NCBI GenBank assembly: GCA_035510635.1
Contig: DATKGU010000001.1
Span: 649-64,648, forward strand
Source: Minisyncoccota bacterium
GTDB lineage: Bacteria > Patescibacteriota > Minisyncoccia > Phycocordibacterales > SBAW01
Direction of reading: 5' to 3'
Length of the DNA stretch: 64,000 nt
Shown here: piece by piece, positions 36,362 to 46,078 of the stretch
Layout of the letters: each line of letters starts with the position of its first letter
How positions within the stretch are numbered: position 1 is the stretch's first letter
Translations under genes and position numbers: made by a program
The notes under the pieces: generated by a model
What the model saw: only the letters and a program-made list of their open reading frames with translations
What the model was told of the DNA's origin: nothing
Database searches by the model: none

Positions 36362-37869
36362 ACTTTATAGACAACTTTTTAAATCGCATCACCATGTACC
36401 GCTTGGTGCTGTATTACCTCGTGGGTTTGGTATTGGTTGCGTTTGTGTTTGGATTTTTTGGCATATTGCCCTATGACCCAACGGCTATCGCGTTTTCGAT
36501 GGTGCTTATCTTAGCCGTGTGTTGGGTCACCAACTGGGTGTTTGCGCGCGTGTTTGAAGCGGCCACCAACATTGAGTCGGTATATATTACCGCGCTCATC
36601 TTGGTGCTTATCATCAATCCGGTTATGGCCACCGATCACACCGGCGTCGGATTTCTTATTTTTGCCAGCGTGTGGGCGATGGCGTCAAAATATATTTTTG
36701 CTATCGGTAAAAAACATGTGTTTAATCCGGCTGCGTTTGCCGTGGCGTTGACCGCGCTGGTGTTAAACGAGCCGGCCACGTGGTGGGTAGGAGGCAACTT
36801 GGCGCTGCTGCCGTTTGTGGTAGTGGGCGGCCTGTTGGTGGTGCGCAAAATACAACGCTTTGACCTTGTGGCTAGCTTTGCAGTGGTGTCGCTTGCAACT
36901 ATTGTCGCGACCTCCGGCGGCAACTACACAACGCCCATTACGCAAACGCTCCTCCACTCGTCGTTTTTCTTTTTAGCGTTTGTGATGTTGACCGAGCCGC
37001 TCACCACGCCGCCCAACCGCTGGTTGCGCGTGTTGTACGGCGCGATTGTAGGATTTCTTTTTGCGCCCAACATACACATTGGCGGGTTTTATCTCACACC
37101 AGAGCTGGCGCTTCTCGTAGGCAACATCTTTGCCTACGCGGTGAGCCCCAAAGGGCGCTATATGCTCACCTTGGTTGGCATCGAGCAGATGTCCACCGAC
37201 GTATACGACTTTGTATTTAAAAGCGACCGCAGTTTTATGTTTAAACCGGGGCAATATTTGGAGTGGACGCTTGGGCATCGTTACCCCGACGACCGCGGCA
37301 ACCGGCGATACTTTACTATTGCCTCTGCGCCAAGCGAACAAAACATGCGCCTCGGTGTTAAGTTTTATACGCCGTCGAGCACCTTTAAGCGTGCGCTTGC
37401 CAACATGAAGGTGGGGGAGAAGATATCGGCCTCGCATCTCTCGGGCGGATTTGTGTTGCCAAAAGACGCTACAAAAAAGCTGGTGTTTATTGCAGGAGGC
37501 ATTGGCATCACGCCGTTTCGCAGCATGATCCAATACATGCTCGACAAAAAAGAGCGGCGCAGTGTCGTGTTGCTCTACTCCAACAAAACCGCCGCCGATG
37601 TTGCCTACAAACCTATCTTTGACCGTGCGCAAACAGAGCTTGGAATTAAAACGCTGTATGCCTTGAGCGCCGAAAAAACCCAAGTACCCGGCATGTTTAA
37701 CGGGAGTATTGATGCCGCATTAATTGCCGAGCAGATACCGGATTATAAAGAACGCATGTTTTATCTCTCCGGCCCGCACGGCATGGTAGACGCCTTTAAA
37801 CACACACTTGTCGGCATGGGAGTTTCGCGATTTAAAATTAAAAGTGACTTCTTTCCCGGCCTTGTATAA
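36358..37869 (+). CDS. RnfD/NqrB-like membrane domain fused to FNR-like FAD/NAD(P)-binding oxidoreductase domain
   Basis: HVFNPAAFAVAL and MLTEPLTTP (RnfD/NqrB hallmarks). C-terminal RYFTIAS (RxYS FAD motif) and GGIGITPF NAD(P)-binding motif. Confidence 0.75.
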   Translation: MNFIDNFLNRITMYRLVLYYLVGLVLVAFVFGFFGILPYDPTAIAFSMVLILAVCWVTNWVFARVFEAATNIESVYITALILVLIINPVMATDHTGVGFLIFASVWAMASKYIFAIGKKHVFNPAAFAVALTALVLNEPATWWVGGNLALLPFVVVGGLLVVRKIQRFDLVASFAVVSLATIVATSGGNYTTPITQTLLHSSFFFLAFVMLTEPLTTPPNRWLRVLYGAIVGFLFAPNIHIGGFYLTPELALLVGNIFAYAVSPKGRYMLTLVGIEQMSTDVYDFVFKSDRSFMFKPGQYLEWTLGHRYPDDRGNRRYFTIASAPSEQNMRLGVKFYTPSSTFKRALANMKVGEKISASHLSGGFVLPKDATKKLVFIAGGIGITPFRSMIQYMLDKKERRSVVLLYSNKTAADVAYKPIFDRAQTELGIKTLYALSAEKTQVPGMFNGSIDAALIAEQIPDYKERMFYLSGPHGMVDAFKHTLVGMGVSRFKIKSDFFPGLV

Positions 37870-37972
37870 CCTATGAGCGAGCACAAACTATTTATCGGTA
37901 ATCGCGCCAGCGCCAAAAGTGCGCCGCACGTATACTGATGATGACAGGGGAGATGATAATTAATCACACACT

Positions 37973-38551
37973 ATGAGCCTCTACGAAAAAATAGCCACAG
38001 TCATAATCGTTATATTAGTGTTGATAATGGTTGTCTTTTCATACCACGAGTACAAAGAGCCGGCGCATGAGAGCGCCTCGGGCCCTAACTCGGGCTTTGA
38101 CCAAAGCATTGGTGCCGATTTTATCATTGGCCCGTACAACAGGGTGGTGAGCTCGCAGGTGTCGGGCGGCCTTGAGGATAATTGCACCGAGCTCCAATCT
38201 GTTTTTGTCGGCACACTCCACGATATTAAAGAGCGTCTTGAGCATTTAAAAACCTACACCGGTGTGGAGGATCCGTTTGAGGTTAATGAGGCAACGCTGC
38301 AGCTGTTGTGCAACAAAAATGTAACCCTAACGCTCAGCGACGCGAGCGACAACACGCTCGTGTTGCAAAAAATTCCGTTTGTACGAATGGTCCCGCAAAA
38401 TGGCGAGCAAGATGATATAGGCACCGAGGTGCACATCAATGCCACGCTGGTGCCCAAAGGGGGAGTAGAGCCGAGCCAACCCACAACCTATGGTGATGAA
38501 TTAATCCCCGACCGCTTCCTCGACGTAGCAACCTCGAGCCAAGTGCAGTAA
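37973..38551 (+). CDS. hypothetical N-terminally anchored protein (192 aa)
   Basis: Single N-terminal TM helix, no motifs recognised. Confidence 0.5.
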   Translation: MSLYEKIATVIIVILVLIMVVFSYHEYKEPAHESASGPNSGFDQSIGADFIIGPYNRVVSSQVSGGLEDNCTELQSVFVGTLHDIKERLEHLKTYTGVEDPFEVNEATLQLLCNKNVTLTLSDASDNTLVLQKIPFVRMVPQNGEQDDIGTEVHINATLVPKGGVEPSQPTTYGDELIPDRFLDVATSSQVQ

Positions 38552-38622
38552 TTCTCTGCACCTCATCTCAAAAACAGGCGGGGGCTTGTAGTGTTAAGGG
38601 CTTACCACTAATCCTTTTTTAC

Positions 38623-38847
38623 ATGGCAACCATCATTAATAATCCTCCGAGCGAAACTACGATTGCGCCCGACAGCTCGTCGGGCTGGGCGGTCGCGGTC
38701 ATTATACTTTTAGTAGTCATTGCAGTAGGCGCGTTTGCATGGATACGCTATCACCGCGCAGGTGTAACACCGGCGCCAAGCACCACGGTGCAGGTCAATT
38801 TGCCCAGCGTTGGTTCCAACTCCGGCACCTCCCCCGCAACTCAATAA
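38623..38847 (+). CDS. hypothetical small membrane protein (74 aa)
   Basis: One TM helix. Confidence 0.4.
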   Translation: MATIINNPPSETTIAPDSSSGWAVAVIILLVVIAVGAFAWIRYHRAGVTPAPSTTVQVNLPSVGSNSGTSPATQ

Positions 38848-39283
38848 AGTATTTGCGTTCAACATTACATTACCGAACGCTATCGTAAAAATATAGCAAC
38901 CTAAAATATCAGTAACTGTCAATATTAAGGTGAAGGTATAATACAAAGGTCTGGCACAGAAGTTAGTCACTGGCAGATATACCTACTGGAATTGGCTGGT
39001 AGGGAAGTACGTTAATAATGGTCAATAGGCACTTCAAGAAGTCGTCCGTCAGTGCAAGCGTTTCTGCACTCAGCTGAGCGACTTTGCTTAAGGCAAGCAC
39101 GACCGCCGCAAGGCTTGTAGTGTGAGTCAAGGTAATGTGCATGTTGATTATATAAACTAAGTAAAGTTCACCATTCCTGGCTATCTTTGGGTAGTCTTAT
39201 GACCGTAATAGCCCCGCGCTCCGCCGATGCATTTGCATTAATAAGGACACCAGGAGTCCGAGGAGCCGTGTGGGTATGAACTT
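38848..39283 (+). ncRNA. candidate RT-associated structured noncoding RNA (436-nt AT-rich region with extended -10 ggtataat and multiple hairpins)
   Basis: No ORF of at least 60 aa. TATAAT at about 38935. Hairpins agtgca...tgcact and ttgcttaaggcaagca. Located directly upstream of the RT gene. Confidence 0.4.
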
Positions 39284-40651
39284 ATGACTGAAGAACAAAG
39301 CATCTTACAGCAAACGTGGCTTCAAAAAGAAAGGTTAAATTTGGAACCAAGAAAAGACTATTCGCCAAAGCGGCAATATTTACATTTTGATAAACGCATA
39401 ACCTCGATAGACTCGGAGGTTCTAAAGAAAGTTTGGAATCCTAAAGCGGTAGCATCACATTCTTTTTATCCCTTCCTACGCGCAGTTAAAAGTGCCTATC
39501 TTTATAAACGTATTCCAGGTACCCGTAAACGGGGGTTGTTTAAAAAGAATCGACCTATAGATTATTCAGCGCACATGGATGCGTTAATTTTGTCTTGGTA
39601 CGCTTCCATCTTGTCAGAACTATACGAGCAAAAAGTTCGTGAGTTTGATGTTTCAAAAAATGCAATTGCGTATCGAAAATTGGATGGCAAGAATAACATT
39701 GACTTCGCAAAGGAAGTTTTTGACTTTGTTGGATCACATCCAGATTTTGTAGCCATTGCATTTGACGTAGAAAAATTTTTTGAAAATATAGACCATAAAC
39801 TTCTTAAAACATTATGGAAAGAACTATTAAAAGTTGGCGAACTCCCAGAAGATCATTACGCCGTATTTAAGGAAATAAGTTCCTTTCGATACGTTGATAT
39901 AAAGCAGATGCATAAACTGTTCGACTTTACTTTCAAGGATCAAGGCCGATTAGATAGGATATGTTCAACAAGAGATTTTAGGAATAAGGTTTGCGATGGC
40001 GGTTTTTTGAAGAAAAACCCTCGTGTTAATCAAAAAACTGGTAACTCTGTAGGTATTCCTCAAGGTTCACCGATAAGCTGTGTGATTTCTAACCTATACA
40101 TGCTTCCTTTTGATGCAGTAGTTGCTAAAAGAATACAAGACTTGGGCGGTATGTACAGAAGATATTCGGACGACATAATCATTGTGGTCCCAAGAGAAAA
40201 AGCTGACGAATGTAATTCTTTTGTTCAGAAAGAAGTCGGGAATATTGGCTTAAATATTAATGATTCTAAAACAGAAAAAGTTAAATTTTTGAATGAGGGT
40301 GGGCACATAGTTGCTCGTGACTGGAGTGAAAACGCAATTGCAAAATTACAATATCTAGGAGTTGAGTTTGATGGTGAGAATACTCGATTGCGTCATGCAG
40401 GCCTCGGGCGTTTCCAAAGACGTCGAGTGAGAAGTGTCCGACGTTTATATAATTGGTCAAAGCATAATAAAAAACCAATACCTATAGAGCCTCTAATAAA
40501 GAAATATACCCGTAAAGGAGGAAACAATTACCTATCTTATGCAGATACATCCAAAACTAAGCTCAACTCTAAGTTGATTGGCAAACAGACTTTTGAACCC
40601 CGGGTGGTTAAACAACTGAAAAAACTTCTTCCAAACAAAAAACACCCATGA
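39284..40651 (+). CDS. stand-alone reverse transcriptase (non-intron; retron/Abi/DRT-like)
   Basis: RT blocks FAIAFDVEKFFENIDH (1/2), GIPQGSPISCVISNLYM (4), RYSDDIIIV (YxDD, 5), LNINDSKTEKV (6), LGVEFDG (7). 150-aa N-terminal and basic 100-aa C-terminal extensions. Low GC. Confidence 0.85.
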   Translation: MTEEQSILQQTWLQKERLNLEPRKDYSPKRQYLHFDKRITSIDSEVLKKVWNPKAVASHSFYPFLRAVKSAYLYKRIPGTRKRGLFKKNRPIDYSAHMDALILSWYASILSELYEQKVREFDVSKNAIAYRKLDGKNNIDFAKEVFDFVGSHPDFVAIAFDVEKFFENIDHKLLKTLWKELLKVGELPEDHYAVFKEISSFRYVDIKQMHKLFDFTFKDQGRLDRICSTRDFRNKVCDGGFLKKNPRVNQKTGNSVGIPQGSPISCVISNLYMLPFDAVVAKRIQDLGGMYRRYSDDIIIVVPREKADECNSFVQKEVGNIGLNINDSKTEKVKFLNEGGHIVARDWSENAIAKLQYLGVEFDGENTRLRHAGLGRFQRRRVRSVRRLYNWSKHNKKPIPIEPLIKKYTRKGGNNYLSYADTSKTKLNSKLIGKQTFEPRVVKQLKKLLPNKKHP

Positions 40652-40670
40652 CTGGTGCTTTTTGTTCTGT

Positions 40671-41035
40671 TGGTGGAGATGGCGCGAGTTGAACGCGCGT
40701 GCAATGAAGGTTTGCAGAGAGCTTCTACAAGGTGTAGGACATTTTAGTTTTCTTAGGCTCGGATGTTTAAAATGAGCAAAATCATTTTGAGCCGCAGATT
40801 GCAAGTTTCAACGTGTGGTCGAATCAACCCCACTCGCTATATCCTGTTTTATAACATCCTACATCCGCGATCAGGTCACGCGGAGAAGATGCGAGTTGCT
40901 TAGGCTAATGCGAAAGCGAACTCGTTCGCCGAGAAATACGGCGATGCAACTGACTTTGCAGTTATGGTTACCGGATTTTTAAGAAGTTCCGGACTTCTAC
41001 CTCGCACTCAATGCATGAGCCTCATTGTCTAGGCC
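40671..41035 (-). ncRNA. ssrA: tmRNA (ssrA)
   Basis: tRNA-like ends: 5' GGGGAUG pairs with 3' CAUCUCC giving a G3:U70 Ala identity pair, T-arm cgcgc-GUUCAAC-gcgcg, ACCA-3'. Internal tag ORF ...GCG AAC GAG UUC GCU UUC GCA UUA GCC UAA = ANEFAFALA-stop. Adjacent to smpB. Confidence 0.85.
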
Positions 41036-41049
41036 CGGCATCCCCATAG

Positions 41050-41511
41050 TTATTGATTTTTCAACGTGCGTTGTATGTCGCGTTTCGTGTCCCGCTCTTT
41101 TAAGACAGAGCGCTTGTCGTACTTCTTACGACCTTTGGCTATTGCCACGCGCATCTTTACCTTCGAGCCTTTATTATACACCGTCAAAGGCACTATTGTC
41201 AATCCTTTCTGGCCTTCGGCGTCGGCAAGTTTTTGCAACTCTTTTTTGGTGAGGAGCAGGCGGCGCGTGCGGCCGCTCTCGTACTCCTTTGGCGTGTTGG
41301 CCGGCTGGTAGGGAGGGATGTCCATACCCACAATATAGGCCTCGAGGCCACCGCGCCGCCCGCTCGGGCGCACTATTATATGTGCGCCCTCGAGCTTGCC
41401 GTGTTTGGCGCGGAGCGACTTTACCTCGTGGCCGAGCAACTCTAAGCCCGCCTCAAACTCCTCGAGGGTCTCGTAGTCAAAATGCGCCTTTTTATGCTCA
41501 AGCAAATTCAC
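41050..41511 (-). CDS. smpB: SsrA-binding protein SmpB
   Basis: SmpB family sequence immediately 5' of ssrA. Confidence 0.9.
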   Translation of the reverse strand: MNLLEHKKAHFDYETLEEFEAGLELLGHEVKSLRAKHGKLEGAHIIVRPSGRRGGLEAYIVGMDIPPYQPANTPKEYESGRTRRLLLTKKELQKLADAEGQKGLTIVPLTVYNKGSKVKMRVAIAKGRKKYDKRSVLKERDTKRDIQRTLKNQ

Positions 41512-41542
41512 GTACTGACTATATCACTTTTTTATGTTCCTT

Positions 41543-41570
41543 TTGTCAAAACGCATAAAAATGTTATTAT
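41543..41570 (+). promoter_or_regulatory. promoter TTGTCA-16-TATTAT giving a leaderless ftsH transcript
   Basis: -10 ends 9 nt before the ATG at 41580. Confidence 0.45.
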
Positions 41571-41579
41571 GCGGTATTC

Positions 41580-43538
<1,959 letters not shown>

Positions 43539-43598
43539 TCCCGACCAAAGCGTCGGGATTTTTAAGAAATAAAAATCCCCGGCCTTTCGGCTGGGGAC
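43539..43598. terminator. convergent terminators for ftsH (+) and pyrD (-)
   Basis: tcccgac...gtcggga plus ttttt on the + strand. ccccagcc gaaa ggccgggg plus U-run on the - strand. Confidence 0.6.
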
Positions 43599-43605
43599 GT
43601 TGTTG

Positions 43606-44646
43606 TTACGCCGCGCTTCGCGCGGCAGAGACAAGTGCCGGACCTTGGTATATAAGCCCGGTGTATATCTGCACTAAGTCGGCGCCCTCCTTGAACACCT
43701 CCTCAAACCGTTTTTTACTATTGAGGCCGCCGACAAAGATAATCGGCAGTTTGGTGACTTTGCGTGCAACTTTGAACTTTGCCAGGGTGAGGGGATACAA
43801 CGGATTGCCGCTCAAGCCTCCTGCCTCTTTTGCAACAGGCGAGTGTGGCTCCTTGAGCGGCCGGCTAAGCGTAGTGTTGCCGATAATAAACCCGCTTGCG
43901 CCAGCACCTTCGCAGGCGCCGATTGTTTCCCTAAGCTCGCTTTCGGTAAGGTCGGGCGCGAGTTTTATCAACATCGGTTTTTGCTGTTCGCCCGATTGGC
44001 TGGCAAAGCCGCGCTCGGCCTCAACAAGCTCTCGCACAAAACGTTCGATATACTTGCTGCCTTGGAGTTCGCGCAAACCCGGCGTGTTTGGCGAGCTAAT
44101 ATTAGCAGCGGCATACGCAGCATATCGGCGCAGGCATGTCCACACAAAGATGTAGTCCTGCACCGCGTTTTCGTTGAGCGTTTGTTTCATCTTGCCGAGT
44201 GATACGCCCACGGGGATGGTTAGTCTGCGCTGTTGCTGCTGGAGATTGCTAAGGACGTGATGGACACCTCGGCTGTTGAAGCCCATCCGGTTAATGATTG
44301 CCTGTTCTTGCGGTATGCGAAACAGGCGCGGGCGCTCGTTGCCTTGTTGTACCGCCGGCAACACCGTTCCAACTTCGACAAAACCAAAGCCGAGCGCTTG
44401 GAGCAGCAGCACTATCTCGGCCTCTTTATCGAAGCCGGCGGCAAGCCCCATCCTGTTGGGGAAGGTAATACCAGCCACAGTAGCAGGCCGTGGATTTTTG
44501 TTGGCCTCGAACCACCACGCAACAAGCTTCAATAGAAACGGCTGTGTCTGGATTATTTTTGCCGCTTGTATGGTAAGAGTGTGCGCTTTTTCGGCGTCGT
44601 CTTGCGACAATGCAAAGAGGATTGACCGGACGATACGATACGGCAT
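43606..44646 (-). CDS. pyrD: dihydroorotate dehydrogenase (quinone-type, class 2)
   Basis: GLAAGFDK, GFGFVEVGTV, NRMGFNS, NISSPNTPGLR, GGLSG motifs. Start taken at MPYRIV. Confidence 0.85.
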   Translation of the reverse strand: MPYRIVRSILFALSQDDAEKAHTLTIQAAKIIQTQPFLLKLVAWWFEANKNPRPATVAGITFPNRMGLAAGFDKEAEIVLLLQALGFGFVEVGTVLPAVQQGNERPRLFRIPQEQAIINRMGFNSRGVHHVLSNLQQQQRRLTIPVGVSLGKMKQTLNENAVQDYIFVWTCLRRYAAYAAANISSPNTPGLRELQGSKYIERFVRELVEAERGFASQSGEQQKPMLIKLAPDLTESELRETIGACEGAGASGFIIGNTTLSRPLKEPHSPVAKEAGGLSGNPLYPLTLAKFKVARKVTKLPIIFVGGLNSKKRFEEVFKEGADLVQIYTGLIYQGPALVSAARSAA

Positions 44647-44761
44647 GACGTGTGCCTTTCCTAGCTGTGATGTTAAAAGAAGTTCCACTCGTACATTACA
44701 TGACTTTGTTTAAAAAGAAAAACCCGCTCTTGGAAGAGCGGGGTAGTGGTTGGCACTCGCG

Positions 44762-45907
44762 TTAGCGAGTAAATCTGGTCCACGGATTAGGAAGCCCGAA
44801 GGCGTCGTAGTCGCGGGCGAGATTTTGCGCAACACTGGCGCGGTCGGTGTCGTTGAGCGGTTCCCGACGCGCGATTTTCCATAGCACGGTTTTGTCATAG
44901 TAGCGGATGAGCGAAGCAAGTATATCCATTTCCCGTAGAACGAGTGGAAACTCCGGAAGCGGCATCAATAGGTCTTTGGTGTTGTCGGTCCCAAGGCCTA
45001 CCGGTACTCCGGCGACTAGACACTCGCGCACGGGAGCAACAGGGGGGTGCAGTGGCGCGAGGTGATTACGCATCTGCCGCATTGAAGCGGCAGCATGAGG
45101 ACAACACTCCACCCGCATATTGAGTTCTTTGAGATGGCTTATGATTTCCACTCGCTCATTGTCTTCCTTCCCGTCAATGAGCATGTGCACGGCCGACACG
45201 ATGGGGCGTTCCTCAGGGGGTACGCGCATCGCAAGTGCGCGCACCACATTAATGAGCCGTTGTGTTCCACATTCGCCGGGCGTGTTGGTCTGGTCGACAT
45301 GTACATGGAGCGGCAGTTTGTGTTTAATGGCCAGTTCATATAATAGTGCGATATGGCCCTCAAAGCCGACCGGATGGTCGCCTCTGCCGTCGCGCTCGGG
45401 GAGCGCTACGATAAACTGCGCTTTCGGTGCAAGTTCCTGTAGATGCAACCAACGAGGTTCTTGCCACGTCTTGATGCCAAAGATGGCATAGACTGCGACA
45501 TTAATCGTGATTTTCCCGGCATATTTTTTACGCAACTTAAGTGCCGCGCGAAAAGCTCTTCCGTCGATATCGTCGGAGCAGTCTACGATGAGGAATACTT
45601 GGGACTCTCGAGCTGCCATCTTCAGCTGGATGACGAATTCCATTCGTTTGAATAGTTCTTCGTCTTCATAGGCCGAACTGCGATGCAATACACCTATGGC
45701 ATCTTGTTTGACCCATAGAGGTGCGTCGATATAGATACTGAGACCACCGCTACCTTCCTTGGAGTTGCCATTCGTATAAGTGCCGACACGGTCGCCATGG
45801 ATATGACCTTCTATAAATCCCTCCCCATGCATAACCTGTGACCAAAGCCTTGCGAATGCGAGCGCGTCGCGCTTGCTTCGATTATTCTGTAAAAGAGCGG
45901 TCTTCAT
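44762..45907 (-). CDS. amidohydrolase-superfamily metal-dependent hydrolase (cytosine-deaminase-like)
   Basis: HIHGD and HVHVDQ metal-ligand motifs, C-terminal GLGTDN. Confidence 0.6.
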   Translation of the reverse strand: MKTALLQNNRSKRDALAFARLWSQVMHGEGFIEGHIHGDRVGTYTNGNSKEGSGGLSIYIDAPLWVKQDAIGVLHRSSAYEDEELFKRMEFVIQLKMAARESQVFLIVDCSDDIDGRAFRAALKLRKKYAGKITINVAVYAIFGIKTWQEPRWLHLQELAPKAQFIVALPERDGRGDHPVGFEGHIALLYELAIKHKLPLHVHVDQTNTPGECGTQRLINVVRALAMRVPPEERPIVSAVHMLIDGKEDNERVEIISHLKELNMRVECCPHAAASMRQMRNHLAPLHPPVAPVRECLVAGVPVGLGTDNTKDLLMPLPEFPLVLREMDILASLIRYYDKTVLWKIARREPLNDTDRASVAQNLARDYDAFGLPNPWTRFTR

Positions 45908-45999
45908 CCCTAGGTCCTCCGTTGTGATAAGGGAATGGTGAAGGCAAACTTACGGAAGGGTAGCATAAACGCTTGTATTGCGATAGAGTTTGGCATATT

Positions 46000-46071
46000 G
46001 GGCGCGTAGCTCAGCGGTAGAGCAGCCGTCTTATACACGGCCGGTCCCTGGTTCGATCCCAGGCGCGCCCA
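46000..46071 (+). tRNA. tRNA-Ile, gene-encoded anticodon UAU (reads AUA)
   Basis: Cloverleaf: acceptor GGGCGCG/CGCGCCC, D-arm GCUCAGCGGUAGAGC, anticodon stem GCCGU/ACGGC with loop CUUAUAC, T-arm CCUGG-UUCGAUC-CCAGG, discriminator A. Overall resembles tRNA-Ile2 but has TAT rather than CAT. Confidence 0.8.
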
Positions 46072-46078
46072 CTAAAGT

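Noticed and set aside
39284-40651. Group II intron or DGR
   Set aside because: The RT lacks an X/maturase plus endonuclease tail. No domain V-like GTG...AC hairpin or template/variable repeat pair was seen nearby. This is left open for HMM confirmation.
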